Shown: positions 26,077 through 38,869 of the stretch, one piece after another
How the letters are laid out: each line of letters opens with the position of its first letter
Position numbering within the stretch: the stretch's first letter is position 1
Program-made: the position numbers and the translations under genes
Notes under the pieces: model-generated
What the model saw: only the letters and a program-made list of their open reading frames with translations
Database searches by the model: none
Told to the model about the DNA's origin: nothing
Source of the DNA: Schmidtea polychroa
Taxonomy: Eukaryota
Reading direction: 5' to 3'
DNA: 64,000 nucleotides
Assembly: GCA_044892525.1 (NCBI GenBank)
Contig: CM097885.1
Span: 24,120,001 to 24,184,000 of the forward strand

Positions 26077-26982
26077 TTAATATTTTGGTAAAATAATTTT
26101 GACATTTTTGTGCAGAATCTTAGAAAAGGAGGCGATATTCGATTTTGACAATCCAATTGAATCTGCTAGCAATTTTGCGTCTACGTCGACATTTTTTAAG
26201 TCACAGACCAATTGAATGCAACATACCGCAATCAAAACGCTTCCTTTAATGCGAAATTCACTAATTTCACTTACATTTTTTACTGCTTCTTTTACAAGCT
26301 TTTCTATTTTGAAATCCGTCACGTCTAAATAATATAAAAATCTGCCAACGAGTAAATCTGGCTTGATTTCACGCGTTGGTCGTTTCAATGCAGTTTGGAT
26401 AAGTTTTAATAACTTTTTGAATTTCTTTTCATCAACCAGTGGACATTCGTTTAATATTTCTTTCGGCAGTCTCGGAACTTCATTGTCTACGCAAGCCAAA
26501 TATAGACATACGCAATTCAAGGTCGCTTTGTTTCGCTTGACACAGGCCTCTGATTTTGTAATTTCATGGAGTAGAGATACAGCTCGCGAATAAACATTTC
26601 TATCTACTTTTATTCTTTCACACAAATCTGCGATTTGTCGTTTCTGGGACGCCAATGACACTTCTTTGCTACTCTTAGTTGAAAGGAATTTAAATTTCGA
26701 ATTTCCATTTTCATCTAGAAATCTGAGGTTAAAACCTGTTTGAACGGCAGTCGATGTTTGTCCATCTGTTTCTGACGTTTCCACCTCTCCGACTCGACAA
26801 GCGTCATGTCCATCCGTTCCATCGGATGCGAATGTTCTCCATTCACTAGAAGGATCAATCGCCCGTTCAACTACAACCAGACCACAAGCGGAACATATCA
26901 TATCTCCAGTTCGACAATCAGTTATTAGAACTCTATTTGGATGATATTTACAATGAACCATTTTCATATTGTCATTATTCAT
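26077..26982 (-). CDS. TFIIB: Transcription initiation factor IIB-like protein, divergent, intronless (301 aa)
   Basis: Zinc ribbon CKYHP..D.RTGDMICSACGLVV, B-reader ID.SSEWRTF..D.CRVG, first cyclin repeat CLYLAC..EVPR..KEI, full-length second repeat. Open ATG-to-TAA frame, more GC-rich than its flanks. Confidence 0.93.
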   Translation of the reverse strand: MNNDNMKMVHCKYHPNRVLITDCRTGDMICSACGLVVVERAIDPSSEWRTFASDGTDGHDACRVGEVETSETDGQTSTAVQTGFNLRFLDENGNSKFKFLSTKSSKEVSLASQKRQIADLCERIKVDRNVYSRAVSLLHEITKSEACVKRNKATLNCVCLYLACVDNEVPRLPKEILNECPLVDEKKFKKLLKLIQTALKRPTREIKPDLLVGRFLYYLDVTDFKIEKLVKEAVKNVSEISEFRIKGSVLIAVCCIQLVCDLKNVDVDAKLLADSIGLSKSNIASFSKILHKNVKIILPKY

Positions 26983-27030
26983 TTTATTTGTTTAATAATT
27001 ATATAAATTAATTAATTAATTAAGCAAATT

Positions 27031-27065
27031 ATTTATATATTATTATTTATTTAATTCTTCATTGG
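27031..27065 (-). promoter_or_regulatory. Candidate TATA and CCAAT boxes of the TFIIB-like gene
   Basis: Minus strand CCAAT at 27065-27061 and TATAAA at 27037-27032, about 80 and 50 bp upstream of the ATG. Weak evidence because the background is so AT-rich. Confidence 0.3.
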
Positions 27066-27546
27066 TTAAAAGTAATTGTTAATCTAAAAAATGCTAAAAT
27101 ATTTTTATATTTAATGTTTTGTGTAAGGTTTTCCGATGAGACAAATGAAAATCGAAACCTCCCTCTCAATTAATGCACATCTGTAATCAGCAAATGTAAT
27201 AATTGTAATAATAAATTCGAAATTATTTCGCTGTTTTTTCAAATATGTAAAACTATTTTCTTCTGATTTAAATTTTATTTGAATTTGGACAGTTTCATAT
27301 TTGTGAAAAATAGGGCTGGAATAGCTGTACTGACCTCATGGAAATGTATTTTCCTTATAATTTCGTTTATAAAGTTAATTATCATAGGAATCTATGTAAT
27401 GTATTGACAAAAAAAGATTTTGAAAGTAATTAAATGATAAATTATTATATTTTTACATAAATTTATGTAATTAAATTTTCTTTAGTTTGTTTTATTTTTT
27501 TATTTATTATTTTAAAATTCTTTAATTAATCTTACTCGAGGAAAAT

Positions 27547-28654
27547 TCTCAGCACATACTATCAACATCTTTGCTGTTATTTTCTCTTTGGTGAATTCTT
27601 TATTCTCAAACAACCTGTCAACAAGGTCCTACACTTTTTTAAAATATGTTTCAATCTCTTCGCCTCTTCTTTTATAATTCAATAAACTTTCCATATCCTT
27701 TATTACGTCCCTTTCGTAATCAAATGCCATTCGTAACCTGGCTTGAAATCCTTCTGCTTTTTTAACTGTTTTCGCATATTTCTCCAATAGATCCTCGTCG
27801 ATCATGCATGCGGTGAATCTTTCTTGTTCTTTTTTATTGATGCCTTTAGCATCGAATTAGATCTTGGATCTTCTGATGAATTTTTCCAAGTCATCACCTT
27901 GACAGAACACTTTTGGCAATAATCTTTCGTTAATCGCGTCGGTGTTTACCGCTGCCACCATATCAGGATTCTCATCCGTTTTTAAATCACTAAATAATTC
28001 CATGAATTTTCTTTAATAAAAGATATTTCAATTCGGGTAAAGTATACCTATAAAATAAAAATTTAATAAAAAAATATTATAATTTAAATGATATATTTTA
28101 ATAAATGTTTACGCAAAAATTTGCAAATCATTATTATTTATTACAATGAATATTTACAAAATTTATTTTACAAATTTTATTTACTAAAAAATAAAAATTT
28201 ACTAAATTAAAAATATTAACATTTACTTAAATAAAAAATTATATTAAATTTCCTTTAAATTATAAAAAGGAATCAATACTTACATTGTAAATTTTTATTT
28301 CGATTTATTGACATAATTTTTCTCTTTATTCGTATTACCTAAATTATCAATTAATTAAATCAATAAATTAAAAATTATGTTTACTTTTTCTTTTCAAATT
28401 TCCTTTAATCTTCGATTTCAAATTGTCTTCATTAATATTATGTAACTAAATAAATTATTTAATTAATCAATAAATTAAAATTTACCAAATTTCTGAATTT
28501 TTTTCTCGGACATTCATAACGTTTTCTATTAGAGAATTCATTTTTAAAGTTAAATATTTGTAAAATGTGACTAATGATAGATTATTGTTTATAGACTGAA
28601 GATAATAAACAGGAACAAATTCTAACCAATCAAAATCAAGGAAAGGTAGGAAAA

Positions 28655-28714
<60 letters not shown>

Positions 28715-30909
28715 CGTTGCGGTATTTAAATTTAAATTTATTTTAAAAATCCATTTTGACGCTAAAGTCGATTTATATAACAAAGACATAATATACTCAT
28801 TATTTCCTACAAATATTTCACCCATCAAATACCTACCTAGAGATGATATATATTGATTGATCATAATAGCAAACTAAATCACAAATTTCAGTATATCTTA
28901 CAATAATTTTCAAGTAAATTTGAAGTCCTTGATAAAGTTAACTGGTTTCTTAGCTTATGTATTTTTAAAAGTTCATCAATGTGTAAATGAAAATATTCTT
29001 AGAAAAGTATTGAAAAGATTATTGAGTCAAGTGCAATACAAAGTCATCTAAAATTAAACCTATTACTTGATTATTAACCTAACAGTCATTAAAAAATTAA
29101 TTTTTTTTTAAAATTTAGAAAATTATCAAGAAATTCAATTAATATCACCATTAAAACTTTAAATATTTAATCAATCAACATGAAATTCTTAGAAAATATA
29201 CAAAAAACTACTTAGTCAAATTCAATTACATTACAAAGTCATATCCTATCACTTGATAATTAACCTAACTGTCAATAAAAATAATTTTTATTTAAAATTA
29301 AAAATCAATCAATAAAAATGCATCCAATTATCAAGAAATTAATTAAATTTATCTTAGAACTAACTTTAAATTTTTAAATATTCATTCAATCCACATGAAA
29401 TTCACGAAAATGATAAAAATTCTCAAAAACCATCAACTCTAAAAAAAATTACTAATGAATAGACACCAAAATTTATCTAAATAATCTTTCAAATTAATTC
29501 ATTAAAATTGAAGACAACACGTTGGAATTTGTCATTACATTCAATTAAAATTAACTAAATCAAGATATGAACTTTGATAAAAAATATTATTGTAAAATGG
29601 TTAGAATTAACACTGTAGTGTTCTTTAAATCTAATTAATTTAGTCATAATTTTCTTTAATTATTACTACTAATTCTCATCATCTTTCAAAATTTATTACT
29701 TAATTTAAAATTGCATCCTTTAATTTTCTTAATTTTAAATTTTAGCATTCAATTTACCAAAAATTGCATTTAATTACTTTTTTTAAATATATCTCTTATT
29801 ATTATTTCATAAAAATTCTATTTAAATTTATCATTGAAAATTATTTCAAAAAGATTTGCATCTGAAATTGTCAATTCTCATCGTTGATAGTTTTTCAAAA
29901 TATCTGACAATAAATTATTACTGTAATTTTAAAATTTTTACTTTAATTTACTTAATTTAAAAGTATTACTATAATTTAAAAATTTTAATTTTAATTTAAT
30001 TCTAGACCATTGATTACTCAAGTATAAAATTTTAAACCTTAATTTACCTATTTATCATTAATTTACTTTAATTTAACCCTTGTTTAAAATATTGACCATT
30101 GATTACTTTAATTTAAAAATGTATCCCTTAATTTACATTATTTCCATCTAAAATTTATTCATAAAAATATTTATATAAAATTGTCATAGAAAAATATTTT
30201 ATAAAAGTTTTCATTTTAAATTTTCATTTCTCATCAGATGATAGTTATTCAAAATATCTGACAATAAATTATTAATTTAATTTAAAATTTTACATTAATT
30301 TACTTTAATTTAAAATTTTGAACTAAATTACTTTAATTTAAAACTTAACCTTAATTCACCTATTAAATTTAATTTACTTAATTTTAAAATTTGGTCCTTA
30401 AATTACTAATTTGAACCCTTAATTTACTTAAGTTTAAAAATTTGGAACTTAATTTAAAATTTTCGACCATAATTAACCTATTTATCATTAATTTACTTTA
30501 GTTTAATTTTTGATCCTTGATTAATTCAATATAAAAATTTAGACCCTTAATTTAATTTAATTGAAAATATTAGACCTTAATTTGCTTATCTATCCTTACT
30601 TTATTTAAGTTAAAAAAATAGACTTTTTTAAATTTACTTTAATTTAAAATTTAGCCATTAATTTCCAAATTGAAAATTTTAGACCATAATTTTCATGTAA
30701 AAATGTCATTGAAAGGAAATAAAAGAAAGAAAGAAATGTATTTTCGGGAAGAAGTTTGCAAAGTTCCAGGAGATCTGCAAAGACTATCTTATAGTCGAAA
30801 ATGTTTTTTCATTAAATACATTATTTGCAGCTAAAGGTTTAAATTATCACTTTATTGTTTTAAATAATATTTTGAAAATAATAATAATAATAGTAATGAT
30901 AACAATAAT

Positions 30910-30990
<81 letters not shown>

Positions 30991-32361
30991 TGTAATAAGT
31001 TCTTTGTTCTAGTGGAGTCCTGTTTTATGAGTCTTTGTTCTAAAAAAATAGATGATGAATCGTTTGACGAGTCTTTGTTCTAAAAATAAATGATGCATTG
31101 TCTTTGTTCTAAAAAGGATAAGTCATCGATGAGTCATACAGAAAGGGGGATGTGAAAAAAAAATAAAACAGTACCCACATTTAAACGATGAGTCATCGAT
31201 AAGTCATTGTCTTTGGTAAAGTGTCAGCATTGGCATCGACATGGAGTTCCAATATTCATTATTATATTTAATATTACTGTTTATATTTCACATTTGTCTG
31301 TTATTGAATGAATGTAGAAAGCCTCCTTCTCTATATAGATGACTTGTTAATGAATTCCTAATTAGAAAGTTTACTCATGTCAAGAGGCTATAATTACTTT
31401 GTGAAATAGGCAAAGATTTTTTCTTCATGTTACCATATTCATGTTAACATGTTATCAACAACTGATTAATGACAAATTGCAAATTATTGACTATTTTCAA
31501 TTAATATAATATTATTACTTTTCATTAATAAATGTTTTAAGGCAGTACGAATATTAGTAATCAATTAAAAGTTGAGCAGATCTTTTGTGAATAAAAATTA
31601 GAATTCTATAGTCTTTCGTTGTTATTTTAAAATATTTGAATTATTTTCAATTTCACGTGGTGTTTTAAAGTGTTTGAGTTGATAATTATTCATTTTTGAC
31701 GAAAATCAATATTTTTGTTAAATTTAGACTTAGACAGAAAATGTTTTTCTACTGATTGTAATTAAATATATTTTTGAATTTAATACATATAAAGGGTTAA
31801 TTTATTTAAAAAGCATTTGATAAAATACAATGAAGAATATTTAGTTGATTGTAAATACCTGGTTGTAAGTCTTTAGTATCTGGTTGTTTGAGAGTTACTT
31901 AGTATTTGGTATCTGGTACCTAGTTAGTTGGTTGTTGTTGATTGTTAGAAAATAATCTTTGAAACTAATCTGTTAGTAGCTAGTTGTTTGTTGGTTGTTA
32001 ATACATGGTAGCAGCTATCTGGTTGTAAGTTCTTAGTTGTAAGTATTTGGTACTTATTTGTTAGTACCTAGTTAAAAATCCTTAGCAGCTGATAGTTGGT
32101 ATTTATTATCTGAATGTAAATAATACCTAGATAGTACATATTTGTTAGTATTTTGGTTGTAGGTATCTGGTTGAATTTTAGATTTTGACAAGAATTTAAG
32201 AAATATTCTTCTTCCTGAATTAAGAAAAGCTTATTATAAGCAAATATATGATGATGAATAAATTTTGTATCTTTATCACTGTCTTGTTAATTTTTATTTA
32301 TTATTATAGTTATTTTTTATGTGTTGTTAATAAAGTCTTTAGTTGTTAAGTATTTGGTTGA

Positions 32362-32394
<33 letters not shown>

Positions 32395-33968
32395 ATTATT
32401 ACTTGCGAAATTTGCATCTAAATTTTCTTTAAAAATTATTTCATAAAAACTTTCATTAAAGATTTTAATTTCACAATAGCTGCCTATCATTCAAACCTTT
32501 TGATTATAAAATTAAAATTATTACTTTAATTAACTTATTTAAAAATTTACTTTAATTTAAAATTTTTATTTATTTTACTTAATTTAAAAATATTACTTAA
32601 ATTTTTAAAATCTTTGAACAATGATTACGTTTTTTTAAAAATAAAAGCCCATAATTTAATTTGATCAATTTTTAGACTCTTAATTTACTTAAAATTAAAT
32701 TATTCTCATCATCTTTCAAACTTTATTACTAGTTTTTAAAATTTAGCCCTTCATTTACTTATTTACCAAATATAACCCTTATTTACTAATATTTTTAGTA
32801 GAAAAAATTAATTGAAATCGATCTTTGAAATTAATTTAATAAAAATTTGTATTAAATTTTGCCTTTGAAAATTATTTCATAAAACTTTCTATTTAAAATT
32901 ATCTTACAAAATTATTTCATAAAAAATTTCATTTCTCAACAGCTTGCAATTATTCAAACTTTGTCATAATAAATTTAAAATTCTTTCTTTTATTTACTTT
33001 CAATATATAAGAAGTTATATTATACAAAGAAATTCAATAGACTGACTGTATTATGGAAACACACAAACTTACCTGCGCTTTAAATTTTAATGTTTTAATG
33101 AATAAAATCTTTTATATAGAAGGTGAGAAAGTGGTAGAAAAATAAAATTAACACACAAATACAGCACATATACACCAAACACCACTGAGATACGTTCTCT
33201 ATAGTGGTGGTTGGCGTGTAAATTCACTCACCAATTTATTTACCAATTGTAATTGGTTGTAATTGTAAATCATCTTTGTCAATTTATCATGTCTCATTTA
33301 TATATTTTGGAAATTTATTTTAGCCATTTTACAAATGGCTTTCAAGTAATTTTTTTTATTTAAAGTAAATTTTAAGACTTGAATTCTGATCCATATGAGA
33401 TATGAGATCATTATTCAAGTTCTTAAATATTACTTTTAATCAACAGTATAATTATATATTATTTTAATTAATTTTCAGGGTTTCTAGGAATTTTATGATA
33501 TTTACCTCTATTTATTTTAGAATTATTTCGAAAAAATGTGAGTCCGATATATTTTTAATTATAGTTAATGAAATAAATAAATCAATCACCTAAAATATTT
33601 ATTTTTTTAAAACATTTTGGGGAAAATCGATGATTAAAATAATTTTTGTAATTTTTTTTCTGAACTCAATATGAGGAGCTTCTTTCAGGAAATCAAATCG
33701 GGATTGAAATGTTATTGAACCAAATTCATCTGCTCTTAATATTTTCATTAAAAATATAATTTTAAAAATTTTCAACGATCTTTTTTTTCTAAAAATTGTC
33801 AAAAATAAAGTTTATTATAGAAACGTATCTCATCGTTACATTTATACGAATCAAAAATTTGTATGTGCTTTTTAGTATGTGTTGCGTTTGTGTGCAGTTT
33901 TTAATTTTCCTTCCACTTTTCAGTTTTCTATAATATAAGATGTATCTCACTGAGCTATAAATTAGAAC
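27547..33968 (+). repeat. ~6.5-kb direct repeat, copy B
   Basis: Shares spurious ORFs with copy A (15705/28622 and 20837/33599) and is colinear with it. Confidence 0.92.
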
Positions 33969-34067
33969 ATCAACGTGAAATCAAAGTAAGTATGATGTTT
34001 CTATAATGTAAGATTATTGATTTTTTTGTTATATTATAGGAAACGGTTCTCAGTGGTGTTTGGTGTA
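33010..34067. mobile_element. MITE/foldback-like non-autonomous element
   Basis: Perfect 20-bp inverted match TACACCAAACACCACTGAGA (33171-33190 vs 34048-34067), plus a looser inverted match of 33010-33170 to 33875-34035. Right-truncated copies at ~20260-21207 and ~60425-61371. Confidence 0.6.
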
Positions 34068-35267
34068 AACCAAAGCGCAATTGATAATGACTAAATGGAC
34101 ATTAAATAAAATCCAGTCAATTGCGCTTTTTATTAATTTTAATATTAACAGAAATTTTAAATGATTAATCATGTGTATTTAATTGACTTATTTTCTTTTT
34201 TATTTAATATAAATATTTTAAAATATAAATTAGGAAAGCCAATGAATGCCGTTTATAGGTTATTGTAATGAAAATTTGAAATTAATATTTTGGGGAATTA
34301 GATAAATTTTTATAACTTGAGAATACAATTTAATATTTAACGAGTTTGTGAAGCTTTAAATTAAAGTTTGTGTAAAGCATGTTTAAACATTTCCGTATTT
34401 TAAAATACAATTTTTCATATAACTTGTTGAAAGTTGTAATTGTTAATTTTTTTAAAGACACCTGAAATCAGAAAAAAATTTTTATTAAATTTGTATTGAA
34501 ATAAACTTTGTAAAAAAATATTTTTAATGAACAATCTTCGTTTAAGTCAAAGAATTTTAAAATGATAATTTATTTAAAATATATATCAATAAAATTAAAT
34601 ATTATTTAAAATAAATAATAATTTTTAAATTGTAAAATTTAATTATTTTTATTTTAATAGTCATTTAAAATTATTTATTTTGCTTATGCTATAAATTATT
34701 AAATACATATTAAATATTAAGTTTAAAGCGTTTAAAAAATAATTTATTAGTAATTTAGATATAATTGGTGTTGTATTATAAATAAGAAAAAGTGAATTTA
34801 GTATAAAAATATATTTTAAAAAAACAAAATTTGTCATATTCTGATATTTGCGACCAAATATTTTATAAGAATAAAATTTTTTTTACAATTTATTTTTAAA
34901 CTTTATAAATTTTATATATTTTTTTGGAAAATATTGTAAATTTGAATATCATTTAAGTTAATAATTAATTTGTTTAAATTTATCTAAATTATATAATATA
35001 TAAACTAATCCAAAAACCAAATAAATGTTTTGATTCAGAAAAGATTTCGAGTTCAGTTCTGAATGTTTTACATTGAATGACAAATAGAATATAACAGAAA
35101 ATACCAGAAATGGAAGGAAAATATTTTTGTAACAGAGTTTAATGAAATTCTATTCGGGTTATGATGTAAAATAACCATTGATGTTTGAAATAACGAATAT
35201 TTACCAGGAAGGTCATTGTGGAGTAATTGAGATATTAATTAAAGAAAAATGTGCGAAAACATAGTAG

Positions 35268-35537
35268 ATCCTTTAAAACATCTGTTTCGCAATCGAATGC
35301 CAATCGCAACCTAGCCTGGAATCCTTCGGCGTTTTTCAGTGTTTTGGCGTACACTTCCAGGAGATCCTCATCAATCATGCAAGATGTTAATCTTTCATGA
35401 TCTTTCTTCTGCGTGATTCCCTTGGCGTCGAAATAAATTTCGCATCTTTTAATGAACTTTTCCAAGTCGTCACCTTGGCAGAATACCTTTGGTAGCAATC
35501 TTTCGGTGATTGCGTCAGTGTTTACCGCTGCCACCAT
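35268..35537 (-). pseudogene. gag-like remnant (variant B-prime), open frame but 3'-truncated
   Basis: Part of ORF 35235-35615: MVAAVNTDAITERLLPKVFCQGDDLEKFIKRCEIYFDAKGI...FDCETDVLKD. PBS at 35524-35536. Upstream DNA matches 935-1080. Confidence 0.7.
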
Positions 35538-35799
35538 ATTAGGATGTTCATCCTGTAAAACATTAAAATCAGTGTTTGTTTCTATAAATTTTATTTCAGT
35601 AAATATCAGTATCAAATTATATCTTCTTTAAACTTTCTTATTTAAACAAATTTTCTACGAAGATATTTTTAATTAAAATATCTTTTTATTATTTTTTTAA
35701 AAATTAATCTAAAATTTTATTTTTAAAATTTTATATTTAAAAATTTCTTCATCATAAAACTTCCTCATAATATATCTTATGATTATTAAGTCTTTCATT

Positions 35800-36230
35800 C
35801 AGACGACAATGTCAGGTTCCAGCACTTTTTTTGATTGTTTCCATTGGCTACGATTTTGATTGAAATATTTTTTCTTTCTTTTTTTGGTTGACAATGTTGG
35901 AGATGTATGTTCACCGAAGATTTCCCACCAGGATCTAGATGTTCTTTAACTCTTTGGTGCAAGGTCCTGAGTGTACTTACAATGTATATTTCCTTGCATA
36001 AATTGCACGTGATGCAATAAACATAGTTTTTTTCTAAAGCACACATCTTTCGGTGTCTGGCAGTTTTCCATTGTGCAATTGTTTTCTTTATTTGTGTTGT
36101 TTGCCAGAGTTTTACTCAATGTCCAAGATTTATGTGCTATCTGAATCGAACGACCGATGCGTTTAAGTTCTTTAAAGATCTCGAAATCCAGTAAGTCACT
36201 GATGAATGGGATATTAAGATAGAAATATTC
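35800..36230 (-). mobile_element. Penelope-like element C-terminus: GIY-YIG endonuclease pseudogene
   Basis: YLNIPFISD..., Cys-rich linker CTMENC..DVC, frameshift, then NYVYCITCNLCKEIYIVST.RTLHQRVKEH...VNIHLQHC. YIG is mutated to YIV. Confidence 0.85.
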
Positions 36231-36239
36231 CTTCTTCTT

Positions 36240-36435
36240 TTTCTTCTCCAATTGATCCTCGTCAATCATGCATGCAGAGAATCTTTTCTGTTCATTTTAT
36301 TTCTTTTTTATACCTTTATCATCGAAATAAATCTCGCATCTTCTAATGAACTTCTCCGAGTCATCAATTTAACAAACGACCTTTGGCAACAATCTTTTGG
36401 TGATCTTATCGGTGTAAACTGCTGACACTATATAA
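36240..36435 (-). pseudogene. gag-like remnant (variant C), interrupted by the hAT insertion
   Basis: VSAVYTDKITKRLLPKVVC*IDDSEKFIRRCEIYFDDKG..CMIDEDQLEK. Its upstream part (GGATTCTCAT on the plus strand) resumes at 38409, beyond the hAT. Confidence 0.7.
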
Positions 36436-38400
36436 CAAGGGTGGGCACGCATGGGTTCAATAAGAGCCATTTTCCGAAAATTTATTTTTTACAGAGCCAC
36501 CATAGTAAAGTACATATTTTTTTTATTTCATTAATTTGATTAAAGAGACTTAAACGCTATTAAAAAAAACAAAATAATTATTTCAAACATTAAGTAACAA
36601 ACATAAAAATCCATTAATAAAAAGTAATAAAATTTCTTGAATTAACGAAGACTTTTGGTCAAATCTTTGAAATTTGGTGTATACTTTGTTAAAGCTGTTC
36701 GCAGCAATTCTGTAAGATGCTGATAGGTCAACTGTGAACGATATTTCGACTTTACGAACTTCATTGTGGAGTACAAAGATTCACAACAATATGTTGTACC
36801 AAAAATTGAAATTAGACGGCAAGCAGCTTGTTTTAAGTGTGGATATTTTGCCTCTGGTACGAGTTTCCAAAATTCAACTATAGAAGTAGATTTATGGTGC
36901 ATTTGCAAAGCCTGGTCCTCTTTCATATCTAATAACTCCAATTCCCCAACCGCTTTTTTAACAAGTATTACTTCAGAAATTGGAAATCCATCTTCAATAA
37001 TATCACAAATAAATGGGTTCACAAAAAATGCAAATGTAGATTTATAACTTTTCAAATCTTCAAACCTACATTTGAAATCCGCTTGCAATTCTTGCAATTC
37101 TTCCAATTTTTCACTGTATTCGTTTACTTTTTCTTCTGTAATATCAATTATATTAGCTTTTATTCGTGGAAAATGATTAAATATTTTCGACCTAAGATCG
37201 TTCACAAAAAGCCGAAGTTTAGCTTCAAAACTAAATTTTGACATCGATACCGTGAGTTGTTTCGAGAAGAGCTACTAGGTCTAACATTTCTTCCTTCACT
37301 TTTACGTCAGAAGATACAAAGCGGACAAAAACGGCTAATTGTGGAACATCCTGAATGTCAGTAGACTCGTCGAGAGCTAAACTGAATGCTGTACAATTTT
37401 TTAAATCACACATCAAATTATTTTCAACATTTTCGCTAATTTGGCCAATTCGACGCTCAGTTGTACGACGTGAAATAGGAATACGTGAGATCAATTTATG
37501 TAGTTTTGAGTTGTCCGGATCCAAAACTTTAATCACTTCTTCCAAGTTTCTCTGAATAAATTCACCTTCTCCATATGGACGTTTAGCACGAGCTATATTC
37601 CAAGCTATCAAAAAACTAGCTTCGTTGGCACTGTCATCTTCTCGACTAAAAGTAGATAATAGTCCTTGTTGGGCTTCAAGCCCTGATTGCAATGACTTAA
37701 GTTTTTCTGTCCGCAAGTTTGAATTGAGTGGATATTGAATTGATAAGTGTGGATGACTTACTTCATAGTGTCGACGTAAATTGGTTACTTTGTAGTTGGA
37801 AATTGTACCTTTACAAATAAGACACAACGATTTACCATTATTGTCAATAAAAAAAACTTTTCTGTCCATTCTTCTTGAAAAGTTCTATTTTCTTGTCTGT
37901 ATTGTCGTTTTTTGATGTTTTCTTATGTCATTATAATAATAAATTTAAATAACTATATGGCTGAAATTTAAACAAAATAATAAAAAGACATTAATTTAAT
38001 TTAGTTAGTTTAAAATTTTAAAATGCTTCATAAAAAAATCTTCTTACCAAATTTTTCAAAAAACACGAATAGAAAACTATACTAAAATATACAAACGACC
38101 GCAATCTTGTACAAACAAAATAATAACCAATCAAAATTCACTAAATTTATTTTTGATGCTTCTCTCTCGTTGTTATAACAAAGCGCCGCCTACTACAAAA
38201 TAATTTTAAAAAGCAGTAAAATGTGAAAAACAATGTTTCGTTATTTTTTGACATTTATGAAACAACAATTGCAACAAAAAATTTTTTCTCAAAACATTTA
38301 GTGAAAAATTTCAAAATAAAAAATCGAATTCGATTATCAAGAATTCAATTATCAATGAGCCGCAGTTTACTCAACGAAGAGCCGCATTTGCCCACCGTTG
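36436..38400 (-). mobile_element. hAT (Buster/Charlie-type) DNA transposon, internally deleted, 1965 bp
   Basis: TIRs CAAGGGTGGGCA (36436) and TGCCCACCGTTG (38400). Perfect 8-bp TSD CTATATAA at 36428-36435 and 38401-38408, fitting nnnTAnnn. Confidence 0.95.
36642..37920 (-). pseudogene. GTF2IRD2/EPM2AIP1-like hAT transposase pseudogene
   Basis: ENRTFQEEWTEK (frameshift in a T8 run), BED-like CLIC..NLRRHYEVSH, FSLALDESTDIQDVPQLAVFVR, a deletion junction near 37235, and the hAT dimerisation region FGTTYCCESLYSTMKFVKSKYRSQL. Confidence 0.9.
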
Positions 38401-38869
38401 CTATATAAGGATTCTCATTCGTTAAAACATTAATATTGGTTTGCAAATTATTAGATAACTCCATAAATTTCATTTTATAAATTAAGCACTAAAAACTTAT
38501 CTTTTCTTTAGTTTTTTATTTAAACTAATTTCAATCTTTTTTTAAAATATTTTTGGATAAAACATTGAGAATCTTTTCTCTTCCTCATAATTAACACATT
38601 CTATAATGAATATCTCTACACCATATCCTTTATGGTAATCGTTCTGAAATAGCTTCTTTATAAAGAAATCATATATTTGGTCACCATTTTCGAATTTCCT
38701 AGAATATTTCCTTGTTTAATTCATGTCCCAATATTTTATCAACTAACTCTTCTATAATCGTGAAATAATTTTTGGGCTCCTTGTATTTATGTATTTTTTA
38801 CTACAATATATTTCGACAAAATCACTGTGGTCTTCAGGTAGAATTAAAATTCAAACTAAATCAATCGAA

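Noticed and set aside
26363..26593. Antisense ORFs over TFIIB, hAT and Penelope sequences (26363, 36766, 37355, 4315, 39624, 44405)
   Set aside because: Shadow ORFs opposite real or former coding strands.
35195..35262. Ankyrin-like peptide QEGHCGVIEILIKEKCA on the plus strand
   Set aside because: Too short, with no supporting ORF or splice structure. Could be chance.
35700..35830. Hammerhead ribozyme expected near Penelope ends
   Set aside because: I could not find a CTGANGA...GAAA core with supporting stems by eye. An Infernal search would be needed to exclude it.
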